Positions 42,394 to 58,399 of a stretch of 64,000 nucleotides of DNA are shown one piece after another (the first letter of the stretch is position 1; each line of letters opens with the position of its first letter). This DNA comes from the human T2T-CHM13v2.0 reference genome, Homo sapiens, in contig CP068257.2 in NCBI GenBank assembly GCA_009914755.4, positions 44,736,001-44,800,000 on the forward strand, written 5' to 3'. The notes below the pieces were generated by a model. It did no database searches. It was not told the DNA's origin and saw only the letters and a program-made list of their open reading frames with translations. The position numbers and the translations under genes were made by a program.

Positions 42394-45187
42394 AGCTCCT
42401 ATGGTTTCTCACTGCCTTCGTTGGGTTGGACGCTTTTGGACATGTTTGCTGCCTTTCACAGGATGTGGGGTTCAGGTCGTGCCTCCTCGTGGTGCCCCAG
42501 CCTTTCCACCTGTGGTGCTCGTGTTGACATCTGGGTCCCACAAGCTTATAATTCTTTGGCCCAGGGGGCGTTTTCCAGGGTGGAAGACATTGGTCCCACG
42601 GGATGTTTTAAACTCTGCCTATGACTGTGCCCACACTTTGTCCTCTCCTTTTCTTGGTTCATTTCTGTCATTCTCGTTTATCCCGTTCTATTTTTTATAT
42701 AAATTTCTGATGCTGAAGGATTAGCCTGGTGTTTTTCCCCTCGTGTATCTTTTCTTGTCCTTTTATTTTAAGTCTTTTTTAATACTCTGTTTTAGTTGTG
42801 CCTTGTATGGATACCATATTCATGACTGTTTTTTAAAAGCCTGTCTGTGAGTATCTTCTTTTAGTCATTTAGCCAAGTTTTATTTGCCGCACCTCCTGGC
42901 GTTGGGCCCTTGCTCGGGGGTGGATTTTCCTTGGCCAGCTGTGAAGTCCTCACTGCGGTGTTGCCTGCTGCCAGGCTCAGGGCGGCGTCATCTCCCCACG
43001 GGCCTCTAAGCCCTGTTGCCCCCGCACTCTGTGTGTCCACAGGGGGAGTGCGGGGGAACCTCCAGGGCCAGGAGGGCCTGGAGTCTCTTCAGGTCCCTTC
43101 CTCCACCAGTGAAGTGGTGCTGGAGACATGACTCGAGATCCTGTTTCTTTTCCTTTGACGCCCTCGTTTTCCTGCATCTCCTCAGGATTTTTCAGGGTGT
43201 TTTCAGGAACGTCTCTGACGTCCTGCATCGCTCTCAGCATCTTTGCCCTGGCGGTGCTGTTGCATCTGGGCGTCCGTTGTCGCTGTTTCTCCGATGCTTT
43301 CTCTGCTTGTCCTCTGCTGTCCGGGGGCAGCCTCATGGTCGGGCCCCTCCCTGTAGACTCTGCTGCCCCATTTCCAGTGTCTTCGCGCCCAGCCAGCCGG
43401 CGCTGGGCCACACCCCGCCGGGGGAGACCACCTGGTGTTTCATCACCTCGAGCCCTTGGACTTCAGCCAGTCACTTCGTTTGTCAGGCCTCCGGGCAGAT
43501 AAAGGGGTGTGTGGCCTGCATTCTGTTGAACGGCCCGGTGAGGCCGGGGCCCTGTGGCTAGCGCCCCCGTGTCAGGTGCCTGTGTCGTGCCCTGGGCCTG
43601 AGCCCGTGGGTCTGAGCACTGCAGGGCTTCTTCCCAAGGCTGTGGTGGCCCGTCTGCTGCCTTGCCTCTGGTTCACCTCCTGCCACAAAGCCTGGCCCAC
43701 CAGGGAGTGTCGTGACAGGTGGATGTGGGCCCTGGGTGTCCATAGCCTGGCTGGGCTCCCTGCAGGCCCCAGGATTGAAGCTGAGGCTTACCATGGGCCT
43801 TGCAGTGGCAGGCGCCTGGCATGCCGGGAGTGGATCTCATGGAGCCCTTTCGCAGGCTCGGGCCAACTTTGTCACTGGGAAATTCTCGTTGTTTCTCTGG
43901 GGTCCTCTTTGTTTGCTTTCCTTTCGACATGGTTAACCCTGCCCTAGTTTCTCACTCTGGTTTGTTTTCTTTCCTTTCACCCTGGCTCTGCGGTTGTGTG
44001 ACTCTGCGCCAGCTACCGGCCCTGACCACTCTCCCGGCAGGGCCTAGGCTCTGACGGTGGCGTGAACCCGGCCCTGGTGTGCAGCGGCCCTGCCTCGCCG
44101 TGTTGCGTGACGCCCCCTTCGCTGTGTGGTGTTTTGTGGCTCTCTTCAGGTGTTGCCATCTGTCCCTTTTGTTCTCTTTGTCTCCTTGAAAAGTTGATGG
44201 GCCTGCAGCCGCACAGGCAGTTGTGGGCATGGTGGGCGCTGAGTCTGGAGGTTGTTCAAGGCCAGCAGCGTTGCCCGGAGCCCTGCTGCTGACGCTGCCG
44301 TCACTGGTTCTAGCTCTCACATTCTCAGCTGCACGTTTCTGTTTCCACCTCAGTAAACGCAAACTCTTGTTCATAGGCACAGCTGTCACTGCAGCACACA
44401 AGGACTCAGGTTTGTAAAGACAAACGATTGATTTGTGTGTGACGTGCTGTTTGTTTGCACTGGATTTTGCAAATTATTTACTAAAGAAAAGTACTTCAGA
44501 CCTTTTGTGGCAAACAATAAATACAGCGATACTCTAATCTTCAGTATTCATAAAAATGGGTGGAGTTGTCCCATTTTAACGCCCCAGCAAAACAGGAGCA
44601 TTTCTCTAACGGTCTTTACTACAGTGCCTAAGCTACAGTTTGTGCTGCTTTTCAGAAACTGATGTCTTGTGATAGTTACAGCTGTTCTTGGGCTGGGTCC
44701 CAGCTCTGGTCTCCAGGGAGGGCCTGGGCCCCCTGGATCCCCTGTGCCTGTTCAGCGTGGGTGTCACCTGCTTCGCCAGCTGGGATTGCGATCCTCGTGT
44801 GCCTCCCTGAGTCTGCGTGCATGTCAGCAGGCACCCTGCCCCAGTGCCCCTGGCCCTGAAGATGGTGATGTTCTGGGCCAAGCACAGCCCAGGTCGTGTC
44901 CAGGCCCAGGGAGTGCAGTCAGGGGAGCAGCTGCCCTCAGGCCTCGCCGCACGTCTCAGGTTGTGAATGTTACCGCAGCAGCATGTTTACAGCGGAGTCG
45001 CCGTTAACTGCTGACAGTGGCATCAACATTTATTGAGAATGTTACTTGCATTGGTCATGATAGTTTGTGATAAAAGACTTAACACTTTTACAAATCAAAA
45101 TGATTTTTTGGAAGCTGGTGAAATGTCAGTTAACATGTATGAATTTAATATTTTAGTTTTTGGGTGGCTTAAAGACTTCAGGATTCA

Positions 45188-45897
45188 GGCCGGGAGTGGT
45201 AGCTCACACCTGTAATCCCAGAACCAGACTCCATCTCAGAAATAATTATAATAAAATAGAGACTTCGGGACTCAGCAGCAGAGACTCCATCTCAGAAATA
45301 ATAGTAATAAAATAGAGACTTCAGGACTCAGCAGCAGAGACTCCATCTCAGAAATAATAATAAAATAGAGACTTCAGGACTCAGCAACAGAGACTCCATC
45401 TCAGAAATAATAGTAATAAAATAGAGACTTCAGGATTCAGCAGCAGACACTCCATCTCAGAAATAATAGTAATAAAATAGAGACTTCAGGATTCGGCAGC
45501 AGACACTCCATCTCAGAAATAATAGTAATAAAATAGAGACTTCAGGATTCGGCAGCAGAGACTCCATCTCAGAAATAATAGTAATAAAATGGAGACTTCA
45601 GGACTCGGCAGCAGAGACTCCATCTCAGAAATAATAATAATAAAATGGAGACTTCAGGACTCGGCAGCAGAGACTCCATCTCAGAAATAATAGTAATAAA
45701 ATAGAGACTTCAGGACTCAGCAGCAGACACTCCATCTCAGAAATAATAGTAATAAAATAGAGACTTCAGGATTCAGCAGCAGAGACTCCATCTCGGAAAT
45801 AATAGTAATAAAATAGAGACTTCAGGATTCAGCAGCAGAGACTCCATCTCAGAAATAATAATAATAAAATGGAGGCTTCAGGACTTAGCAGCAGAGA
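45188..45897. repeat. ~57-bp minisatellite, ~12 copies (unit agactccatctcagaaataatagtaataaaatagagacttcaggactcagcagcag), seeded from an Alu 3' tail; a 35-bp Alu head fragment (45188-45222) sits directly upstream
   Basis: ggccgggagtggtagctcacacctgtaatcccag joins directly to tandem units that each contain the Alu-tail motif gagactccatctcagaaataata. Confidence 0.9.
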
Positions 45898-46361
45898 GCC
45901 CCTTTTTCCAAGACGCTTTTTCATCTGCAGTTTCCACTTGGGCCGGGGCTTCGCCACCCCAGGTCTCAGGCTGGTTTTGCTGCTGGAAGAGAATTTTTGA
46001 GGCTAGGCGATTTATCACAGACACACGTTTGTGACTTACAGTTCTGGAGGCTAGAAAGCCTAAGGTCAGGGTGCCAGCAGGTTTGGTGTCTGGTGAGGTA
46101 CCCATCTCTGCTTCTAAGGCAGAGCCTTGCACACTGTATCCTCCGGAGTGGAGGGCTGGATCATCCTGGGGCAGAGGCAGAAGGGCCGAGTGGGAGGACC
46201 ACTCCCAAAGCCGCTTATTGAGGCATTAAAACTGCTGTGAGGGTGGAGCCCTTGCGGCCTCGTCACCTTTTCAAGGCCCTTCCAATACCATCACTCTGGC
46301 AGTTAAATTTCAACATGAGTTTTGGAGGGGACAGAAATTTAAACTGTGGTACCCAGTTAAT

Positions 46362-46663
<302 letters not shown>

Positions 46664-47025
46664 TAGATTCGCTTTTGATTTACCGATGGGGCGTTTGCCT
46701 TTCCCCTAGACACGTCACAACCCCAGGCTCTCAGCACCGTCCGTCGTCTGCTGGGACTGGGCTTAGTCGTGTGTTTCTGTCTGGGAGACTGTACTGAAGA
46801 CAGAATTCCTAGAGAATCACCCACATGTCACTCAGAAGTATTCTTCTCAGGCTTCAGAAATTTGCTTTAGCCAATGTTGTTTTAAAAGATGGGCGTTTTA
46901 CCCCGAATTGAAGTGACTTCATTTTCGGTGGGTTTTGACTGAATCACCATCAGGAGATGCACGTGTCATGCACCAGCCTCTGAGGTGCGGGGGTGTCCCC
47001 GTGTCTGTCCTGTTTGCATCCTTAG

Positions 47026-47255
47026 CTCTCCGGAAGGAAGTGGAGGATCTGACCAAAGAACAGTCGGAGACCAGGAAGCAGGCTGAGAAGGACCGCTCAG
47101 CCCTGCTCTCCCAGATGAAGATTTTGGAGTCTGAGTTAGAAGAACAGCTGTCTCAGCATCGCGGGTGTGCCAAGCAGGCGGAGGCCGTCACTGCCCTGGA
47201 ACAGCAGGTGGCATCTCTGGACAAGCATTTGCGCAACCAGCGGCAATTCATGGAT
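47026..47255 (+). CDS. PCNT: Coding exon, phase 1 to 0; encodes (A)LRKEVEDLTKEQSETRKQAEKDRSALLSQMKILESELEEQLSQHRGCAKQAEAVTALEQQVASLDKHLRNQRQFMD
   Basis: Acceptor tgtttgcatccttag|, donor |gtaaga at 47256. Same frame as the start of track ORF 46935..47963. Confidence 0.85.
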
Positions 47256-47774
47256 GTAAGAATTCTGAATAATACATTTTTTTGCATCACTAAAAGTTGC
47301 CGTTACAGCATGAACTTCTTTCCAGATCGTTACGTAAGCTTCTGCAGTAGGATGTTGAAGAGGGCGCCCCACACCTGCTGCACAGGTGCACCCAGGTCGC
47401 TGACTCTTGGTGGGTGTCTTCTTGCCCACATGTTGTGGCGCAGCCCTCTGAGGGCCACCTCCCATGGTCTTGCCATGCTCCTTCTCACAGTCACGGAGGC
47501 GTCACTTGGGGCCCGGGCTGGGCCTGTGCTGCAGCTCTCACTGGTTCTTGTCCTCCCACCCACCAGTCTCAGACGTTCCTCTGTGTTCCATGCAGAGAGC
47601 TGTTTTTCTTTACTTAACTCCATTTTACAAAGTGACTGTGATGAGGGGGGTATTTGGAGTCTGAGCTGCTGGGCAGTTGCACTTGTACGTGCAGTGGAAG
47701 CCTGGGTGGACCTTCGCTGCAAGGGGCACGCCAGCCCCGTTGGGGTGGTCCCAACACGCTGCCTCTCCTCCCAG

Positions 47775-47891
47775 GAGCAGGCAGCCGAGCGGGAGCACGA
47801 GCGCGAGGAGTTCCAGCAGGAGATTCAGAGGCTGGAGGGGCAGCTCCGCCAGGCGGCCAAGCCGCAGCCCTGGGGCCCTCGCGACAGCCAG
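47775..47891 (+). CDS. PCNT: Coding exon, phase 0 to 0; encodes EQAAEREHEREEFQQEIQRLEGQLRQAAKPQPWGPRDSQ
   Basis: Acceptor cgctgcctctcctcccag|, donor |gtgagt at 47892. Confidence 0.85.
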
Positions 47892-47995
47892 GTGAGTCAG
47901 TGCAGCGTGCAGTGCTGCTGGTTGCTGTCTTTCACTGTGTTTTTAAGCTTTAACTTTCTTTAAATTTTTGCCTTCCATGTACATGAAATCGGCAG

Positions 47996-48016
47996 CAGGC
48001 GCCGCTGGATGGAGAG
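47996..48016 (+). CDS. PCNT: Candidate 21-bp micro-exon, phase 0 to 0; encodes QAPLDGE
   Basis: Polypyrimidine tract ctttaactttctttaaatttttgccttcc followed by AG at 47994-95. Strong donor gag|gtgagg at 48017. The upstream intron is only 104 bp. In frame with both neighbouring exons. I also recall ...DSQQAPLDGEVELLQQKL in pericentrin. Confidence 0.55.
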
Positions 48017-48472
48017 GTGAGGAGGCGTCAACGAGATGGGCACTCCCTGCGCTGGCGCCCAGGCTCCCCTGCGCTCGCTGGGACTGTCCTGCCACCCACT
48101 CGCTTTTCTTGCTCTTGTTTGGGCTGCAGCCATCTGCTTTCTCTCGTCTGAGGAAGCTGTAGTAGGTTCGTTTATTTTTTTAAAAAATTAATGGTGGATT
48201 CACACACAGTTGTAAGAGGTAAGACTCGGATCCCTCGTGCCTGGCACGTGGTTCCCCAGAGGTCTCATCCACAGAGCCGGAATGCAGTGTCACAGCCAGT
48301 ATGGGCAGGGATCTGGTGACGCTGCAGTGCCTTCTGCCCCCCACGGACCCTCGTGTACTGGGTCACGGCCATGCCGCCGTCCTTTCTCGGGCAACCACTC
48401 ATCTGTCGTCTATTTCTAAAACTTTACCATCTTCCTGATGGGTGAAGCGTGCCTGTCATCTTGGGGGATTGA

Positions 48473-48877
<405 letters not shown>

Positions 48878-48983
48878 TGTAGTATTCCATTCTTTTCTAT
48901 CAGAATAGATTTCATTTTCCTAACAAATTCTGTATTATAGAGAATGCCTTTCTTAACACAACATCACCCTATACTTCCTTTAG

Positions 48984-49795
48984 ATCTCTGTTCAGCCTCT
49001 GGGTCTAGGTCTCCCTGTGCAGCCTGTGGGTCTTGGTCTCCCCGTGCAGCCTGTGGGTCTGGGTCTCTGTTCAGCCTGTGGGTCTAGGTCTCCCTGTGCA
49101 GCCTGTGGGTCTAGGTCTCCCTGTGCAGCCTGTGGGTCTAGGTCTCCCTGTGCAGCCTCTGGGTCTGGGTCTCTGTGCAGCCTGTAGGTCTACGTCTCCG
49201 TGCAGCCTGTGGGTCTAGGTCTCCCTGTGCAGCCTGTGGGTCTGGGTCTCCCTGTGCAGCCTGTGGGTCTAGGTCTCCCTGTGCAGCCTGTGGGTCTGGG
49301 TCTCTGTTCAGCCTGTGGGTCTAGGTCTCCCTGTGCAGCCTGTGAGTCTGGGTCTCCCTGTGCAGCCTGTGAGTCTGGGTCTCTGTGCAGCCTGTGGGTC
49401 TAGGTCTCTGTGCAGCCTGTGGGTCTAGGTCTCCCTGTGCAGCCTGTGGCTCTAGGTCTCTCTCTGCAGCCTGTGAGTCTGGGTCTCTGTGCAGCCTGTG
49501 GGTCTGGGTCTCTGTGCAGCCTGTGGGTCTAGGTCTCCCTGTGCAGCCTGTGGGTCTAGGTCTCCCTGTGCAGCCTGTGGGTCTGGGTCTCTGTTCAGCC
49601 TGTGAGTCTGGGTCTCTTTTCAGCCTGTGGGTCTAGGTCTCCCTGTGCAGCCTGTGGGTCTAGGTCTCTGTTCAGCCTGTGGGTCTGGGTCTCTCTGTGC
49701 AGCCTGTGGGTCTAGGTCTCCCTGTGCAGTCTTTGCGTCTGGGTCTCCCTGTGCAGCCTGTGAGTCTAGGTCTCCCTTTGGGTCTAGGGGAGGGC
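48984..49795. repeat. ~810-bp minisatellite, 27-bp unit (cagcctgtgggtctaggtctccctgtg, with shorter variants), ~30 copies
   Basis: Direct reading. It ends ~107 bp upstream of the acceptor of exon 49902-50108. Gives rise to track ORFs 49033..49218, 49200..49403 and 49385..49636. Confidence 0.95.
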
Positions 49796-49901
49796 ATAGG
49801 GCATCTATTTTGTCTCTGTTGTTTTGGGTACTTTTTTGTTTGGAAAATGGGTTTTTATAAAACATTCTATTGTATTCCTCAAGCATTTTTTGTTGTTTTA
49901 G

Positions 49902-50108
49902 GTTGAGTTGTTACAACAAAAGTTGAGAGAAAAGTTGGATGAATTTAATGAATTGGCTATACAGAAAGAGTCGGCAGATAGACAAGTGTTAATGCAGGAA
50001 GAAGAAATTAAACGTCTGGAGGAGATGAACATCAACATCAGGAAAAAAGTGGCCCAGCTCCAGGAAGAAGTGGAAAAACAGAAAAACATCGTGAAAGGGC
50101 TGGAACAG
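49902..50108 (+). CDS. PCNT: Coding exon, phase 0 to 0; encodes VELLQQKLREKLDEFNELAIQKESADRQVLMQEEEIKRLEEMNINIRKKVAQLQEEVEKQKNIVKGLEQ
   Basis: Acceptor ttttttgttgttttag|, donor |gtaaag at 50109. Same frame as track ORF 49908..50387. Confidence 0.85.
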
Positions 50109-50825
50109 GTAAAGCGTCTCCATGTTGTGGTTGGGCACGTGGTGAGGTGTCCCGCAGGCATGGCTTCATCGCTGAGCTGGCAGGGAGTGGGCAGGGCGTC
50201 CTTCTTCACTGGCAGCCACCACGTCTGCACCAGAAACACTGGCGTCAGGGAGAAACAGAAGTCATTGGTGACGGGTAGCAAGAGTACTTTGACCTTTCTG
50301 GAGATTGTTGATTTTATTTACTGTAGTAGGATTTATACAATTTCTTTATGTCTCAAGAACTCTGAATTTATCCTTAATATTTCATAAAGTAAACATTTAA
50401 GATTTTAGGTTTAAAAAAATCTTAGCTTATTAAATACTTTGATGAGAGCCCCTTGTAATTGTTTCAATCTTTGAGCTCAGGAACTCATGTCAGCTCCCAG
50501 TGAAGAGATCTCCAGTGATGGTTTTGCATTGCTGGTGTTTGCCGTGTTGTGTGTGTTCGTTTGTGTCTGAGAGTTTAAAGAGGGGCTGGAGCACTGAGCC
50601 AGGTGGGCCATCTCATGGCTGGAGGGGGCAGGGCTGCCTGTCTGCATTTCTGGGTAGCGGCTGTGCCCTCCATTGTGAGCATTTAGCTAAAAGGAATTCA
50701 GCTGACTTCTATGAGGTTAAAAGGTTACTTGAAAAGAGGCTCAGTAAGAAATTTGATTTTAGAATTAGTAGTTTGGCCTCAGACACAGATGAGAGGAGGA
50801 GTCTTTCTCAGGTGTGTCTGATTCT

Positions 50826-51155
<330 letters not shown>

Positions 51156-51861
51156 TGATGAGAATTATTAAACTGGGGCCTTTCCTCAGGCCCTGACGTG
51201 TTTCCGTTCCGCTGTCGCAGGGAGGACCGCTGAGCATCACCTGCACTTGGAGCGGAGTTGTCCCCCTGGCCGGCCACTGCACACATTTCAGTGACAGCTG
51301 CTCCAGGGCGGCTTCACCCCTTCTGCCTTCACTCAGCGAACGTTTACTGAGCTTAGTAGATGCCAGGGTTAGAAAATGTGTTTTTATCCCTTCGTGAAAT
51401 TTGGACTGTGTATGCAATTTTATATGTCATGCTCTTGCGCATGTAACGTATTGTGACCATTTTCGTCATATTAAATATTGTTTGAAAAATTTTTTCTAGG
51501 CAGGTAATATTCATTATATGAGCATACCATCAGCCATTGCCCTATTTTTTTTGGCAAGTTCTTGTCAGTTTTGAAAATATTGGTAATAGTTTGGTGAATA
51601 TTACTGTAGATAAATTCCTCACAGTGGACTCGGGCACAGGCTGTGGCTCTCAGTCACGTCCTGCACCAGGCAGGCCTCTGCTGGGAGGTGGCTGGGTCCT
51701 GGGTGCCAGTGTTGCCTGGTGTGTCACTGAGTGCAGGGGCGTGCAGGTCCACCTGCTCTGCTTCAGGTGCAGCTAAAGATGGTCTGTGCTTTAACAGGCA
51801 GCAGTTGAGGTACTGAATTCCCAAATATTTGCCTAAAATAGAGTTCTTTTTTTTTTAATAG

Positions 51862-52032
51862 GATAAAGAGGTGTTAAAGAAACAGCAGATGAGTAGCTTG
51901 CTTCTGGCGTCCACGTTGCAGTCTACACTAGATGCAGGCAGATGTCCCGAGCCTCCTTCGGGCAGCCCTCCTGAGGGTCCAGAAATACAGTTAGAGGTGA
52001 CACAGAGAGCACTCCTGCGGCGCGAGAGCGAG
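51862..52032 (+). CDS. PCNT: Coding exon, phase 0 to 0; encodes [57 protein letters not shown]
   Basis: Acceptor tttttttttaatag|, donor |gtgagt at 52033. Same frame as track ORF 51871..52137. Confidence 0.85.
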
Positions 52033-52137
52033 GTGAGTGCAGAGTGGGGCCATGGGACTGCCAGCCCTGGGTCAGTGTCCAGTGGGCTTCTCTGTGGCAG
52101 ATCCGATGTCCAGATAACACAGACGATGGGCTTGTGA

Positions 52138-52462
<325 letters not shown>

Positions 52463-52642
52463 CTGACCACTGTGTATTCTTTGCAGTTTTACCATTTGTG
52501 TGCGGGTACAGGTACAGGGTAGTAATTGCTTTAGGCATGTGCATTTAAATATCTCAAAGCTATTTTAATAATGTCTTAATTATTAATATTAATAGAATAT
52601 TAGATGACTTTTAATACTTTTCTTCTTTTGTTTTAATGAAAG

Positions 52643-52795
52643 GTTTTGGACTTAAAAGAACAGCTAGAAAAGATGAAAGGTGACTTAGAAAGTAAAAATG
52701 AAGAAATACTACATCTGAACTTAAAATTGGACATGCAGAACAGCCAGACTGCTGTCAGCCTCAGAGAACTTGAGGAAGAGAACACGAGCTTGAAG
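52643..52795 (+). CDS. PCNT: Coding exon, phase 0 to 0; encodes VLDLKEQLEKMKGDLESKNEEILHLNLKLDMQNSQTAVSLRELEEENTSLK
   Basis: Acceptor ttttgttttaatgaaag|, donor |gtaagc at 52796. Confidence 0.85.
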
Positions 52796-53396
52796 GTAAG
52801 CTACCAAAGGTCCACGTGACGCCCGAGTTCATGTTGCTTATGCCGGTGCCGAGCGGCCACCAAGACCCTCATCGGGGAGGCGAGTCTCTGGTCTTCACAG
52901 ACGCCCGTGGCCCCCATGTGGCAGACAGTGCAGAGAGCGCCCGATTCTGCCTGGGGACATGTGCATGGAAGCAGCTTTCTAGGGATCTTGAGTGAGGAAC
53001 CAGCGACCCCTGCCCCAAACTGCTTTCTGATTGCAGCACTGATAGGGATCTGAGGAGAGGCACTTCCCTAGGGCAGCACCCCAGGGCTGTGAGAGGCGTG
53101 AAGCTATTGGGCTGTTGGTGGCTTGCTCTTCTCAAGGAGGTGACTTGAGTAAGTGGCTACTCACTGTTTCTCTTCCCACTGGCATGATGGGAAAAAAATC
53201 TTAAGAACAAATTTTTTTTTAAATTTTTGTGAGTACATAGTAGGTGTATATTAAAAAATCTATTTTTAAATCTTTTATTTTAATGTAGCCGTGCTTTTGA
53301 AGCAAAAAAGAAAACCAAAACCAACCTGTTTATAGTAGAGATGATATTCAAAATTGCAGAGCATTCATAACTTCACAGATGCCCTTGAAAGACCTT

Positions 53397-54360
53397 GTGT
53401 AGAATCGTGTGTGTGGTGCCCACACAACACGTGCTCAGTGAATGAACACAGCGTGGGAGAATTAGTGTGTGTGGTGCCCACGCGGCGCGTGCTCAGTGAA
53501 TGAACACAGCGTGGGAGAATTGTGTGTGTGGTGCCCACGCGGCGCGTGATTGGTGAATGAACACAGCGTGGGAGAATTGTGTGTGTGGTGCCCACGCGGC
53601 ACGTGCTTGGTGAATGAACACAGCGTGGGAGAATTGTGTGTGTGGTGCCCACGCGGCGTGTGCTCGGTGAATGAACACAGCGTGGGAGAAGTGTGTGTGT
53701 GTGGTGCCCACGTGGCACATGCTCGGTGAGTGAACACAGCGTGGGAGAATCGTGTGTGTGTGGTGCCCACGTGGCACATGCTCGGTGAATGAACACAGCG
53801 TGGGAGAATCGTGTGTGTGTGGTGCCCACGCGGCACGTGCTTGGTGAATGAACACAGCGTGGGAGAATAGTGTGTGTTTGGTGCCCACGCGGCGCGTGCT
53901 CGGTGAATGAACACAGCGTGGGAGAATTGTGTGTGTGGTGCCCACGCGGCACGTGCTCGGTGAATCAACTCAGCGTGGGAGAATCGTGTATGTGTGGTGC
54001 CCACGTGGCGTGTGCTCGGTGAATGAACACAGCGTGGGAGAATTGTGTGTGTGGTGCCCACGCGGCGCGTGCTCGGTGAATGAACACAGCGTGGGAGAAT
54101 TGTGTGTGTGGTGCCCACGCGGCGCGTGCTCGGTGAATGAACACAGCGTGGGAGAATTGTGTGTGTGTGGTGCCCACGTGGCGCGTGCTCGGTGAATGAA
54201 CACAGCGTGGGAGAATTGTGTGTGTGGTGCCCACGCGGCGCGTGCTCGGTGAATGAACACAGCGTGGGAGAATTGTGTGTGTGTGGTGCCCACGTGGCGC
54301 GTGCTCGGTGAATGAACACAGCGTGGGAATGCTCCCTGAGTGAACACAGCGTGGGAGAGT
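53397..54360. repeat. ~960-bp minisatellite, 59-bp unit (gtgtgtggtgcccacgcggcgcgtgctcggtgaatgaacacagcgtgggagaattgtgt), ~16 copies
   Basis: Direct reading. Accounts for the antisense track ORFs 53462..54319 (285 aa), 53365..53952, 53965..54387 and 53970..54413. Confidence 0.95.
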
Positions 54361-54804
54361 CTCAAAAAACAACAACAATAACAACAAAAAAAATTTTCAA
54401 ATTGATTTTCCATTTTTCCAATTTAAAACTGTAGGCTTATTTAATTAGGACATTTCATATCTGTAGGGTCAGTGGAATATTTCCCTATTAAGGTTCTGTC
54501 GGCTCTGTTTTGATATGGTTGTTGTTATTACCATTTCCACCGGCATTTCTGCCCAACAAAGAAGAGGAGATAGTGCGTGTGAACGAGCAGCTCTGGGCAC
54601 CGCAGGTTTACCTCGGCGAGGTACGCCACTCCCTGGTGCTGGGGGAGAAGGGGCTCTTCTCACGCTTCTGGCTACGCCTGCGTCTCCTGTACGAAGTCCT
54701 CATAGTTTCTGGGTGTGATTGACTGGGGCCTTGGCTTTCCAGGATGACAGTCTTCTGTTTCCTCATACAATATTTATAATACTTTTCAAAATTAATTTTA
54801 TCAG

Positions 54805-55379
<575 letters not shown>

Positions 55380-55404
55380 ATTTTGGAGGGGACCATAGAA
55401 GTAA

Positions 55405-55841
<437 letters not shown>

Positions 55842-56499
55842 GAATGCCTTTAAAAACCATTGATTACTTTTCAGAAGAAGTTGTATTATTTGTCTATAGT
55901 GCTCTAGAACTTGACCTCTAACTATAATCTTATATAATGAAAAATATATAAAAAATAGTTTACATGTTAAGGACAGTATTTTTGTTCCATTAAGAATTGA
56001 AAGCTTTTTAAGGACAATCCCCAATATTTTCTTGTGGGATTTTTCTTACAGATATGTGCAAATTCGTACATCCTTCATTTTCTGTAATTCTCCTAATTTT
56101 TTGTAAAGATGCAGATGCTATTTTGCTTTATATAATAAAGAAAAGTAAAATTCCATTTAAAGGTTTGACTCTTGTTAGGTTTCCAGTTATTTCAAGGAAA
56201 CCACATTTGCTGTATTCTACCCTATTTTATGTCAGTGAAGATGTTTGTCTTCTAGAAGCGTCTTTTACACTTGTGGGGAAACGGAGCTCCCGTCTCCCTG
56301 GCGTGGTCGTGGTTGTTGTCACTTGTTCTGTACTGCCGTCCTCCGGGGCTCCAGCCATCCTAACACCTCATCCTCAATGTGGGCCCTCCCTCCCTGTGTG
56401 GCTTATTCTAACTCTGGGGTTAGTGATGTTTCTTTAATTTTACCATTTACTTCTCCCTTATTCTACAGGTTTTAATAAAGAGGTCTCACGTCTTTTGTT

Positions 56500-58250
<1,751 letters not shown>

Positions 58251-58399
58251 TCACTCAAAAAATTTTCTTTGTGCTGTTTCTTTGTGGCCACCCATCAGGC
58301 CTGCTGTCTTCCTGTCTGGAATTCTGTTTCGAGTCAGGTGTTGTAATGCACTGGAAATTGATGCATGCTGTCGCCTGTGTCTGTTCCTTTAGTTGCTGA

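Noticed and set aside
43016-44401. Cluster of 120-181-aa ORFs on both strands in GC-rich unique sequence (43016..43561, 43435..43947, 43952..44401-)
   Set aside because: There are no consensus splice sites in frame with the neighbouring exons, and the peptides have no coiled-coil character (they are Pro/Ser/Gly/Cys-rich). Overlapping ORFs on both strands suggest a GC-composition effect. Treated as intron. A short unannotated exon cannot be excluded without transcript data.
53365-54413. Antisense ORFs of 140-285 aa (53462..54319, 53365..53952, 53965..54387, 53970..54413) with HTHTILPRCVHSPSTRRVGTT repeats
   Set aside because: These are translations of the 59-bp minisatellite.
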